In this document: one piece after another, positions 1 to 11,710 of the stretch
Layout of the letters: each line of letters starts with the position of its first letter
How positions within the stretch are numbered: the stretch's first letter is position 1
Notes under the pieces: model-generated
Told to the model about the DNA's origin: nothing
The model's database searches: none
The model's input: only the letters and a program-made list of their open reading frames with translations
Translations under genes and position numbers: made by a program
Source of the DNA: Octopus bimaculoides
Lineage: Eukaryota
Direction of reading: 5' to 3'
Length of the DNA: 64,000 nt
Assembly (NCBI RefSeq): GCF_001194135.2
Contig: NC_068982.1
Location: forward strand, 160,124,614-160,188,613

Positions 1-224
1 TTTCTTTTTTCTTCATTTATTCACCTTTTGCCTTCTCATTCCACTTTTTGTATGAACCAGCTTCCACTTTTTGTTTCGCGGTTTCTCATGTACCAAGGCC
101 CTCGTTTTCCAACAAAACAAACATGCAGATACACAAGGCACGTTCCAAAAATCTGCTTAACCCCAATGGTAAGAAACTATTTGTAGTAATAGCTATATAT
201 GCATGATTATGTGTTTTTGCTTGT

Positions 225-378
225 GTGTGTGTATTAGCGTGAGTGTAAGTAAATAGATACACGCGTATATGTCTATATATACTAATATAAGTATAGGTAT
301 ATTTACATGCATATATCTATGTATACACATACACGCGCACACCCACATACACACACACGCACACACACACACACATAC

Positions 379-413
<35 letters not shown>

Positions 414-760
414 NNNNNNNNNNNNNNNNNNNNNNNNNNNNNNNNNNNNNNNNNNNNNNNNNNNNNNNNNNNNNNNNNNNNNNNNNNNNNNNNNNNNNNN
501 NNNNNNNNNNNNNNNNNNNNNNNNNNNNNNNNNNNNNNNNNNNNNNNNNNNNNNNNNNNNNNNNNNNNNNNNNNNNNNNNNNNNNNNNNNNNNNNNNNNN
601 NNNNNNNNNNNNNNNNNNNNNNNNNNNNNNNNNNNNNNNNNNNTGTGTGTGTGGTTTGTTTGTTTGTGTGTGCGTGTGTGTATGTGTGTGTGTGTGTGTG
701 TGTATGTCTGTGTAAGTGTATACGTATGTATCTGTTTGGATTTGCGCGCACATTCGTTTC
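225..760. repeat. Compound (CA)n/(TACA)n/(TA)n - gap - (TG)n microsatellite
   Basis: Visible dinucleotide runs flanking N-gap 414-643. Confidence 0.95.
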
Positions 761-1423
761 CTATATTAGAACGTACATTCAATACAGATGTTGTTTGCTT
801 TCTGTAAATTAACGACATTTCTATGTTAGCTTATCGAATTAACTTTTATAATTAAGAAATATACTCTATACAAGCAAACGAATAAACCGATTAAAAAAAT
901 TTAATTAAATTATCGATTTTAAATGAAATCTGTAATTTTCTAAATTGTCTTCATTATTCAAATGGGACAACTAGTTAGTAACGCTATTAGATATATTATA
1001 CGTTTATATTTGTATATTTAATTATATTTATATAGAAATATCTTAAACATACATTTATATAACTTGTGAGCATATTAACATATACTGGAGGAAAAGAAAT
1101 ACGCATTAATCTGGAAAGTTATGTACTTCTCTCAATCAGTAAATTATTTCATAACGATGTTAATTTTATGTGTATTTTGGGAAGCCTTGTATAACCACAC
1201 GACTAGTATGCCTGTACACGATAGCTTTATCAATTGCAGGTAAATCCTCTCTAAAAGTATGTGTTTTCCTACCACTAAGGAAAGCTAGATGTACATGAAA
1301 TAAATAGTAATATACAAACACTCTAAAAAAATGAAGTGATAGTCATGCATGGAAAGATTTTGCTGATTGGTGGGTTAATAGTTTGAACTACAAGAACGAC
1401 AATAATAAAAATAAAGACAACGT

Positions 1424-1666
1424 ATGCTGTATTTCTGCGCACTCTACTCTTCATCAACCAAAAGGAGGTGCAAGCTTCAGTGAAAGAGTTCTTTGCCTCG
1501 AAGGAAAAAACTAGCACCAGTGTGCGATCAAAGAACTGGCTGAAATGTGGCTTCAAATGTTGCGATCCGATGGCCTTTATTTTGAATTTTAGGCTGCTTT
1601 TGTTGTAATTTGAATAAAGCAAATAAAGTAACAAAATATTGCAAAAACCTTTGACTCAACATAATA
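1424..1666 (+). mobile_element. Mariner transposon, 3' fragment with right TIR
   Basis: Translates FINQKEVQASVKEFFASKEKN*HQCAIKELAEMWLQMLRSDGLYFEF*, matching the mariner C-terminus pattern (FFASK...GI..L..RW......DG.YF). Followed by AATAAA and TIR-like ATTGCAAAAACCTTTGACTCAACATAATA ending in TA. The same family occurs at 37030-37666. Confidence 0.8.
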
Positions 1667-2440
1667 TAAAAGTGAAGTATTGCAGAGACAACATCAAACC
1701 CAATGAAATATCAAATTCTCGGGAGGAACTACTGTATGTGGCCGAGGTGGCGAAATCTGGTTTTAAACCTTCGGTCCCCGAGCCCGAGACAAGATTTAAT
1801 CCGCCTTCGGCACAGTATTAGAATGTAGGGATGGTGACACAACTGTGACGGCAATCTTCGCGCCCTGCTATTAATCGTGTTCTGCTACTGAGGGCTACCC
1901 GAAATAAAATTTCTCCAGTGGCTCTTTCTCCGACAGATGTAAGCGTTGGACTATGTCTTTCACCGCAGTCGTCATTTCCCTGACTTCCGTACCAATGGTG
2001 CGGCAAGACTGTTGTATGGCCCTGTGGTATTCACCCGCGTATGTGCTTGTATGGGTCACGGAACATGTAAGTTCATAAAGAGACCTTTCTACAACAAGAA
2101 ATTTCCCCGTAACATCTACATTCAACATATTTTCCTATTACCCTAGACAAGCCAAGCATTTTTTTCAGTTTCAAGTCCTCGCTTCCCTTCACTCGTGTAT
2201 TGCTTTGGCCCATACATTAAGTTATGAATCTATATTCGGGTGTGTGTGGAACTTAGTTAATCTTACGTTTCATTTCGTACACAATGTTGAAAGCTTGGGA
2301 AATACTATTATGCTGTCGTTCTCGATAGAAACTATAGACTTCCACAAATCAGCTATTACCTATTTTGAAGGTTCTTTTGTGCACGAAATAAGGGGGACTC
2401 TCCACTCCACACACACACACACACACACGCAAACAATCTC

Positions 2441-3030
2441 ATATCGAACCTGGTTCCTCATTTTTCGATATTACTATCATTATTATTATTATTATCATTA
2501 TTATTATTATTATGATCACTGCCTGGAAACGAACACGGANNNNNNNNNNCACGGAATGTTGGGGTTAGTAGCCCGCACTCTTAACCACTACGCCATATGC
2601 CCGTGGACAATTATGGAGTGAATTTTAGGGGTTATAAATCTAATATTTTCCTATCCTTCCTTAATACTGGTTCCCATATGCTATTCATATCTGCACTCGG
2701 TCTGCTTAGGTAGTTGTTGTGTCCTAGTTTTCGTATTTTCCAGTGGTGTTGTGTGTCTATTATTTTAACTTCATCCCACAGGGGGAGGTGGTCTCCATTT
2801 TTCGATACATGATCAGCTATATCCAAGTCATCAATATCTCATCGTGTCACAGCTTTGCGATATTCCTCTACCCTTATTTTGAGGGGGGGGCGACATGTTT
2901 CGCCTTTGTATAACCTACCATAGCTGCATGGGATGGAGTACACGCAGATTTTGGTAAAATTCTATCCTGCTGGTGGTTTTACCCGAAGGGGATATTTGCG
3001 AAGTGTTGTATTACTCTTGAATACGAAAGA
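2441..3030 (-). mobile_element. Penelope-like retroelement, 3' fragment (GIY-YIG endonuclease remnant plus start of 3' repeat with tRNA-like segment)
   Basis: Minus strand reads FVFKSNTTLRKY..VKPP..CVYSIPCSYGRLYKGETCRPPLKIRVEEYRKAVTR*...DIADHVSKNGDHLPLWDEVKIIDTQHHWKIRKL...SRPSADMNSIWEPVL, a Penelope GIY-YIG signature (VYxIPC..Y.GET..R..EH). It is followed by GGGCATATGGCGTAGTGGTTAAGAG...GTTCG (A/B boxes) and (AAT)n. Confidence 0.85.
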
Positions 3031-5164
3031 AATTCTACCCAACTAAATTCTATCAGGAATATGACTAAACCTGTGTCAAGTTAAACAACAGTAAGAAGAA
3101 TGAGAAGATAATGAAGATAAGGGCTTTGATGATGACGAAGATAATGGTGGTCGTGGTTTTGATGATGTCGATGACGATAGAGCTAAAAACGGAATAAAAC
3201 GGAAAATGAAAATAGTTAGAATGACAAGATAAAACAACAAAAACAAAAATATAAGAAAAACAACACGATAATGATGAATAAAAACTAGCTCTCTTGAAAA
3301 GTCGGTCTAAGTTGAATGAATGAAGTTTAGACTTAAGATGTATGCCGAAATTGCCGTATAAAATTGGAAAATTTACGAAAAAAACTCCATCAAGATATAT
3401 CAATTCTAAATCAAAGACTGAGAATAAATCGACATGCACACATACACACACACAAACGAATATAGATCTGAATAATTGAATCAGGAAATATAGAGCATAA
3501 AGAGACGAATGAGAAATCGCAACAGATTGCTATATTCTTATCAGATTAGCGTTAGGAATAGACAAAATGCAAGAGAAAAAAGAATCGAAATAATTGCTAT
3601 AAATACTCAAGCTATCTTAATAATTAGCCAGAACTTAAATGAAATAAAATGTTAATCAAGTGAACGAATAACCGTAGACAGAAACACATAAAAGAAAACT
3701 ATTGCAAAAATCTCACTATATAACCCTCAATCAGGGATGTAGCGAGGATGGAATTCCAATTAAGATCAGAACTTTGCAAATAGAGAATGGCTTGAAAATA
3801 ACTATAGTTGGAGTAAGAAATTATCGCACAGAACATAAAAGCTGATTTTACAAACTAATTAAGCAAATGCAGAAAACGCAATGAAAGAAAAGATTTTCTA
3901 TAGATAAGGAAGCAATTAGGAAGTATAGATGCAGGAAATACTGAGGCAAACTCCAATAAGGAGCTAACAAAACAAAGATACATAAAACAACAATAATAAA
4001 AATAAAGTTCAATGATTTTCGAGGACATAGCTATAAAATGTGGTCGTAAAATAAAACTTAAAGTGGTTAGTATGGGTTGTCAGAAAGCTGAGAATGTTTG
4101 AATAAAGATGCACAAGATTAGATTATATAAGCAGGAAGCTGTTTTAGAATCATAATCAACCATGACAGGTTAACAGTCGAGTGTCTATTGCAGTACTTTC
4201 ATATGTCAAAAATAGCGCAAATTCTCTTTCAAATTACAGCATACCTCTTTCAATGGGAAGGACAGATTGTGTTAAGGAAAACAATGGACCTATAAGAAAA
4301 TGAGATGGTCATTGTACGAAGAGTCTACTGAATGGAACTTGATCTGGAGCTAAGCAATAACCACTATTACAAGGACAACAGCAACAACGACAACGACAAG
4401 CACTACTTCTACTATTACTACTAGTCCTACTGTGGTTGCTGCTGGTCCCATAACGAAACGACGGTGGCGCCCACGCGACCTATTCAGTCAAATATCTCCG
4501 ATTATTGCCAATGCTGACTTTGAAAATGAAGCACACAACATAGCGAATCAAACGACAGGGTTAACATGACTGAATAAACGGGATTATCAGCCCTGATCAA
4601 AGTGAGACAACTTGTACTAAATGTATTTAGTATGCAAAAGATGCAATTATAGTCTTAGCTAAGAATAAATCTGTATCCAATGACTAAAATTCACATAATC
4701 CTGAAATACGCTTCCGCGTAACCATAGGAAAATTAAAGGAACGTGTCTAGATATTATATATTAAAGATAAAATAAGATAATTGAAATAGTAAAAACAAGA
4801 CAACAGCAAATAACTTTTAGCTTTTTATCTATGTCTTTATACTTTCTGACTTCAAGTTCTGCTGTGTTCAACATCTTTCGAAGTTTCAATAATGCAATCA
4901 GCCTGATCAATCGCATCATCCCTACCGAAATTGAGGCCGTTTTCAAATGTAATGTACCATATCTAATTAATCAAACTGAAATTCATCCCTGGCGACAAAA
5001 ATAGTATTTTAAGGATAAAAGACAAATGGAAAGTAAAAATTCCTGAGGGTCGTTTGAATTAATATCATAAACAAATTAATGAAACTTCTTAATATTTAAA
5101 TTAAAACTGATAAAGAAGTGAAATATCGTTATTCTATTTATTCAGTTTTGCCGATAGATTTTTT

Positions 5165-5528
5165 ATACTTTTATTCTTTTACTTCTTTCAGCCATTTGAC
5201 TGCGACCATGCTGGTGCATCGCCTTTAATCAACCCCAGAATTTATTCTTTGTAAACCCACTGCTTATTCCATCGGTCTGTTATTGCGGAACCACTAAGTA
5301 ACGGGGACGTAAAACAGCAACATCGGTTGTGAACTGTTGGTGGGGGTACAAACGCAGACACAAATAACAAATATATATATACATACACACACACAACGGG
5401 CTTGTTTCAGTTTCCGTCTACCAAATCCACTCACAAGGCTTTGGTCGGTCCGAGGCTATAGTAGATGACACTTGTCCAAAGTGCCATGCAGTGCGACTGA
5501 ACCCGGAACCACACAGCCACTTCTGCGC
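5165..5528 (-). mobile_element. tRNA-derived SINE, family A
   Basis: Shares the central block GCCTTGTGAGTGGATTTGGTAGACGGAAACTGAAA.AAGCCCG, an internal CA/TA repeat and a TGACTGAAAGAAGTAAAAG-type tail with the copies at 8587, 16003, 27935 and 49924. The head carries a small deletion. Confidence 0.85.
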
Positions 5529-5967
5529 ATATATATTTGGGTATCTTTAATTTTTCATGCTAAGTCCTAGCAATGTACATTTCATTGATATTACATGAAA
5601 GAGGACTGAATGTTGCGTTAAAATACTCTGGAGATTATGACAAAACCTACATTGGAAAAGTCAGGCACTCTAATAAAAATAGCTATTCTGCCGCCAATAA
5701 TATAACTAACAATGTATTTTCCGAATTAGAATGCTACTGTGCTACTTGTTATCATTGTAGAAACTTGGAGAAATAGTTTTCCCATTGTGGCTAGGTGTAT
5801 ATGAAACGATCAGCAGTTTTATTTTTTCTGAAATCATTTAGTGATGTAATGAAGGTTTCTGACTATTTGTTTTTCTACGTTCGGATCTACCACATTTCTA
5901 TGTTTTGACTTCATGAAGTCTTTCTAATTTCATACATAAACACAGAGGCATGCTGATTCCCACGCAC

Positions 5968-5971
<4 letters not shown>

Positions 5972-6048
<77 letters not shown>
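5972..6048. repeat. (CA)n microsatellite
   Basis: Uninterrupted CA run. Confidence 0.98.
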
Positions 6049-6050
<2 letters not shown>

Positions 6051-6189
6051 GAAAGAAACACAGACACAGATGCACTCACTTTCTCTAGCACATACAGCAT
6101 AATTGTAGAAATGAAAGTAGGGGAAGTAAAGATAGAGAACAAATAATACCAGAAACCAAAATATTGGTTGAAATAGTAAGGGAGGTGTA

Positions 6190-8352
6190 GGGGAGACCGG
6201 GGCAAGTTGACTACGGGGCAAGTTGACACATTTTCTCTAGAGAAAATGCGAAACTACTTTCGGACGATTTAATGACATCATAGTAGTGCTGTTAGTATAA
6301 GCTTCTCCTCGTTTGATTTCGTCGCCGTTGTGAGAGTTTGTCTGCTACACGCGGACAACATTGGAATTTTCCACCTGGTAAGTTATTTTTCGACATTTTC
6401 GATAATTGGTTACTTTGGATATTGTTTTAGACTGCATTATGTGTATTAAACTTTAAGGAGATAGTAAAATATCTCTCAGGACCCTATACAAATGGATTCT
6501 TGCGATGCGAAACCCTAGTGATTTTCTCTCAGTGTTTACATTTACGAGGGAAATGGAGTCGGGGCAAGTTGACACATGTAAACAGGGGCATGTTGACAGT
6601 GTGTCAACTTGCCCCGGCCTGTGATAAAGTAGTTGTAAGTTGCTTACATTGATTTACAGACTGTATCTATCACATTTTAACTAAGAGTGTTATTTTATTC
6701 TTGTCTGGCACATTGGATCAATTCATTGAGTAACTTATGTACTACTCGCTATAGTTTTAGATCAGCTATCTTTATCTATACCAACCAATTCTATCTTCAT
6801 ACCGCTACCTACTTAGTCAACAGCATGTATACTGCCTCAGCTTTGTAATCTGTACCAATGATATATAAGCATGAAGTTATGCCGTGACCAGGCATGCTTG
6901 AAACTAAAAGTAGGTAAACACTCAGAGCTTTGTCTTGCTTTCACTGTTGGATTATGCAATGAGCTAAATTGCTTTTTTCTCCCTCTCTCTTTCTTTACAG
7001 ACCTAGATCTACAATTGTCATGGTGCGACACTACAAACGCAAAAGCAAGAGGGCAACTTTTCCACAGGATGTAATCCAACATGCTATTCAACAGGTCCGA
7101 GCTCGTGTCATCTCCTTGCGAGAAGCTTCGAGTATATTTGGCATCCCTTTAAAATATTTTTTCAAAGCTGTCACCGTGCCTTCTCTTGCTGGACAATCAC
7201 GATTCCCACCTTCGTATCCAGGGGCTGACTTATGCATCAGAAAATGGCATCGCCATGCTTTCTTTCCCACCTCACTGCACACAAAGGTTACAGCCGTTGG
7301 ACAAAGCGGTCTATGAACCACTGAAGAAGTACACAAACACTGCCATTGATGACTTGCATATCAACCATACTGGACAGACCATGACCATTTATGACATTCC
7401 GTGTATTGTTAAAACTGCATGGCCATTGACTGCAACTCCGACGAACATTCTTAGTGGCTTTTCTGCTACAGGAGTATGCCCTTTTAATCGCAACATTTTC
7501 ACAGACAGCGACTTTGCACCAAGCTTTGTCACTGACCGACCGGATCCTGTACTTTGAGCACTAGGCCTTCAGCACCTGTAACACCTGGGCCTTTAAGCAA
7601 CATAGCCGCCAGGTCTTTCTGTCACCATTTCAAATCCGTCCACTACCCAAAGCAGGCCCTAGGAAAGAATCAACCAGAGGAAGAAAGAAACGTTGTTATG
7701 AAAACCTCACTGACTCGCCAGTTAAAAGAGTCATCATATATAAGAAAAGAAAAATGTAAATGTAAAAAGAAGAGAAACATTGATAAAGGAACGATAGGAA
7801 AGGGACTCAGTAAGGGCAGGTCAACGAAGGGAAAAGGACCAACTGTTAAAAAAAAGTTCAAATTCAAAAAGGTGATACCTCTGATGAGGAAGAATGCTAT
7901 TGCTTAGTGTGCTGCGAGCCTTTTTCCAACAGCAAAGGAAGGAAAGCGCGGCTTCAACGCTCTGATTGTAAAGGTTTGCCACACGAGGCATGCACACCAG
8001 GTCTGACAATNNNNNNNNNNCTGCGAGCCTTTTTCCAACAGCAAAGGAAGGAAAGCGCGGCTTCAACGCTCTGATTGTAAAGGTTTGCCACACGAGGCAT
8101 GCACACCAGGTCTGACAATATTCACATGCCCAAATTGTGACCCCGGTATCGGGGCAAGTTGACACATTTAAGTGGTCTTAGAAAATGCACAAAATATAGA
8201 TCCAGACAATAAGCAGATGAGATCTCTAGCTTTGTAAGTCTTCTGCTATGGTTGGTTTATGTGTGTAATAGAAGATACAGTAGAATACATTAAACAGTAT
8301 GGCTCTGTCAGTGAAAATGTAGAAAATGTAGTCAACTAACCCCAGTCTCCCC
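6190..8352 (+). mobile_element. pogo-superfamily (DD35D) DNA transposon, internally deleted
   Basis: 25-bp TIRs GGGGAGACCGGGGCAAGTTGACTAC (6190-6214) and GTAGTCAACTAACCCCAGTCTCCCC (8328-8352), 3 mismatches. TA TSDs at 6188-6189 and 8353-8354. Repeated subterminal GGGGCAAGTTGACAC motifs and transposase remnants inside. Confidence 0.92.
7020..8142 (+). pseudogene. pogo-type transposase pseudogene: HTH_psq-like N-terminus, DDE_1 C-half, PHD-like finger
   Basis: MVRHYKRKSKRATFPQDVIQHAIQQVRARVISLREASSIFGIP (pipsqueak-like HTH), a deletion junction near 7148, then LLDNHDSH...SFPPHCTQRLQPLD (35 residues between the two Ds) ...FAPSFVTDRP, then CYCLVCCEPF...CKGLPHEAC...FTCPNCD. Frameshifts and stops are present. 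Confidence 0.88.
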
Positions 8353-8586
8353 TACTAAGTTAGTAGAAATTGTAGAATAATGGGCGACGTACCAGTTTAA
8401 AACTAAATGTAATAATAAAAATAAACCATGCAAAGGATGGAAAGACTCCAATGATGACTGAAATTGAGGTTACTGATAATGTTAAAATAGACAGAAGTGC
8501 ACACACACAGACACATCCGTGCGCGCGAAGACACACAACCAAGCACACATAGTATGTATATATATATACACATATACACACGCATA

Positions 8587-8986
8587 TTTTGTTTTGCTTG
8601 TCCCACTCCTTTTACTGCGGCCATGTTGGGGCACGGCCATCAAGGTTTTTAGTGGAATGTATCTATCCTAGGGCGTATTTTGTAAAGCCTGGTACTTGTT
8701 CTATCGAGCTCCCTTACCGAAATGCTAAGTTATGGGGATGTAAACATACCACCACCGTATCTCAAGTGGTGGTAGGGGACAAACATAGACACAGACACAC
8801 GCATAGATATATAAACATGCATGCATATACGACGGGCTTCTCTTAATTTCCCTCTATCAAATCCACTCTCAAGGTTTTGTTCAGCCCGAGGGTATACTAG
8901 AAGACACTTTCCCAAAGTTCTACGCAGTGTGGCGGAACCTGAACCATATGGTTGGGAAGCAAGCTTCTTACCACACAGCTACGCCT
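8587..8986 (-). mobile_element. tRNA-derived SINE, family A, near full length
   Basis: Head AGGCGTAGCTGTGTGGTAAGAAGCTTGCTTCCCAACCATATGGTTCAGGTTC (A/B-box-like), central block and tail as in the other family A copies. Confidence 0.85.
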
Positions 8987-11283
8987 AATTTTATTACTAT
9001 ATTATCTGTTTCCCTTTCTCTCATTTCATCATAAGTGAGTATGATTTGAGGAATATTTGATTTTTATAGTAAATCCCGGCTGTGTATAGACTCCAAATGT
9101 GGATACCTATCACTTGCATTGCCAGATTTTATTTCCGAAATTAGAAGTAACTGATAATAGAAAATACGTGTTTACTACTTGCAGCTTTCACGAACCTTAA
9201 TTACTTTAGCTGACCACAAGAACGATCATTTAGTCCCAAAATGTAACAAACCTTTAAGTGTTTCAGAAAAAGTTTTAAAAAAGGAAATTGTGTTGTTGAT
9301 TGAGGATTAGGTATCTACCTTATTGGTAACTAAACTGTGCAATTTCATTTATTGCTTGTTATATGTCGATAAATTACTTTCACGTTTATACTTAATTCGT
9401 ATACATTTTCGTGTTATACATGAGTATTTCTGATTTTGTAATGATAAAAATATCACTTCGAAGATAATTATATTTATGAGTACTTTATTTAATAAAACTA
9501 TATATTACTTTTCTGTGTCTTCAAGGATTTACGCATCTCTAGTTGGTCTGATCTTGACAAATGTAGGCATTTCATTTAATTTCCCATATATATAACCTTA
9601 TTTTTGAAAATAATAAGATTCTTTTGTGTAGACGCTGGAAGGTAGACACAATAATTACAAGCTATAGAAATCGTTTATAATCTGATATATTGCTTTTGTT
9701 GACATATTGCAGCCTACTTATGGCATTTCATGTTTGCCTTACATATTTGAAAAGAATTTAATATATTTACGGATGCTTTCTAATTATTGAAACACAAGTG
9801 TATGTCAAAAGCTAAATGCGCAATACGTTGTTTATTCCAGGAAACAATTTCGCGAATAAATTTACAACTGAACTTTCTGCTTGGATTTTCAATACTATGT
9901 TGTATTAGATATTATTGGTTTCAAATTTTGGCACCAGCAACAATTTGAGAGCAAAACGAGAATCAATCGCATTCATATGACACGGAACCGTATCAGATTT
10001 GTAATACTAGAAATAGTTTTTATTTTTTCAATCGATGCTTGATTTTCATTCCATGTGAATTTGGAAGCCCATAATTTATTATTGCTATTTGTTATCTATG
10101 CTCTAAATGTAGACGAGGAGCTAAAATCAGTAGTGTACTCGCCTGATATTCTACAGTTTTTATCGCATGAGTGATCTTGGATCTCTTCCTGGCTTGAAAG
10201 ACTGTTGCAGATTACGCCGAATTCCTCTCTTCTACTGTTGATAAACTATACTGAAGTGCCATTTAATAGTGTTAATTCCTTCCTTCAAAAATATATCATC
10301 CGAGACGTTAAAAATTGTAATTAATTTTGAAAGGAGTGGAGTGTCATCGTTGTTTCAGTTTCACAGTGATCAGGCATATAGCATATAACATGTAACCGAA
10401 AACTGTCATGCTATGCTCATATCATTTAATTTATTTATTCAGCAATTTTCTATGGAGACATACAATGCCCAGACGTTGTTTTAAATATATGTTAAGAGGA
10501 TTTGAAGGATATTTTGTGGATCATTTTCTGTTTGGCTGTCACTTTTCAATTTCTTCTATTTTGTTCCAGTTGATTTCACATTTGATGTATTGGTTTTATT
10601 GGTGTAATTTTGTATGTTAATTATTGACATGAAATTAATTTTCGTCATAAATTGATAAATAAAGAGTTTATAGCTTTAAAGTTTGCAAATTTCGGGTAAT
10701 TTTTGTCAATCAAAAGCCACACACATATAGGTGCCACGTTCCATAGTAACAAGCCATGCTGTTGCCAAGCTGCTTACCTCTAAGCTGCTGTTCTGTCAAA
10801 CCACGTTGTCATTTTTTGCTTATTAAATACTTAAAACACGAGGTATAATGTGGTCATAAGATGTTCTAAAAATAACAGCTAAATAGGCCTTAAACCACGC
10901 ATGAATTTTTTTCTGGTTTTTGCATAATCGTATGCATTTCCGTGTATAGAATACAAACTCGCCAAAATGCTATGAAAATTCCAACAAATAAAAAAGTTCT
11001 AAGGGGTTAAATGGCGTGCGTAAAGCAGGAATCCGCCATTATTTCATTTGCTTACAGTCTAATATTAAAACAGGTGCTACCGTCGCAAAGCTGAGAACAT
11101 GTGCAGTCATGCACAAAATGACAGCTTCGAAATCTTGTTTCTGACTGGGTAAAAATCATCAAAATTTAAACCTCTATAACTTTTTAAAATAATTTTTCTG
11201 AAACAAGTGAATTTGGCCCTGAGAACCAGCGTTGAAAATTCCATCAATGTACCAAATTTGAAAATTTTCACTGAATTTCAAAA

Positions 11284-11487
11284 CATTATTTACATTATTT
11301 ACATTTGACGGATATTTGTCCTCATATTGTTTTTTGTTAACACAACGTTTCGGCTGATATACCCTCCAGACTTCATCAGGTGTCTTGGGGGAAATTTCGA
11401 ATGTGGATACGCATTCTTAAGGTATTTTTCGATGTTATTATTATTATTACTGTTATGATGATGACGATTATTACTATAATTATAATA

Positions 11488-11521
<34 letters not shown>

Positions 11522-11710
11522 TCATTGCCGGGAATTGAACTCGGAATCTTGGAGTTAGTAGCCCGCGCTCTTAATCACTACATCATATGCCCGCTGGAGG
11601 GTATATCAGCCGAAACGTTGTTAACAACAAACAAGATGAGGAAAATATCCGTCAAATGTAAATAATGTAAATAATGTACATAATTCCTCATCTCCTAAAT
11701 ATAGAACTGT
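11284..11710 (-). mobile_element. Penelope-derived non-autonomous unit: tRNA-like head + (AAT)n + hammerhead, with an inverted partial copy
   Basis: 11284-11593 (minus) has the same tRNA-like head and AAT tract as 2441-2620 and continues into a hammerhead. 11593-11710 (plus) is an inverted copy of its 3' part. A 10-bp direct repeat AATTTCAAAA flanks the whole unit (11274-11283, 11711-11720). Confidence 0.85.
11339..11384 (-). ncRNA. Minimal type I hammerhead ribozyme (Penelope type)
   Basis: Minus strand GACAC-CUGAUGA-A-GUCUG(gagggtatat)CAGCC-GAAAC-GUU-GUGUU: intact CUGANGA and GAAA cores, stem I GACAC/GUGUU, stem II with one mismatch (the inverted copy shows GCTG..CAGC), and a 2-bp stem III within the palindrome AACGUU. 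Confidence 0.8.

Noticed and set aside
3690-4000. Possible Tigger/CENP-B HTH fossil (NFANREWLEN)
   Set aside because: Only one weak motif, with no TIRs or DDE segment.
4340-4950. Thr-rich open frame (about 4350-4570) and ORF 4761-4946
   Set aside because: The first derives largely from a degenerate trinucleotide repeat. The second has no recognisable homology or convincing splice sites.
7912-8119. Apparent 99-bp tandem duplication of the PHD segment
   Set aside because: Identical copies flank a 10-N gap, a typical unmerged contig overlap. The same applies to the short repeats around the gaps at 2540, 22368 and 61490.
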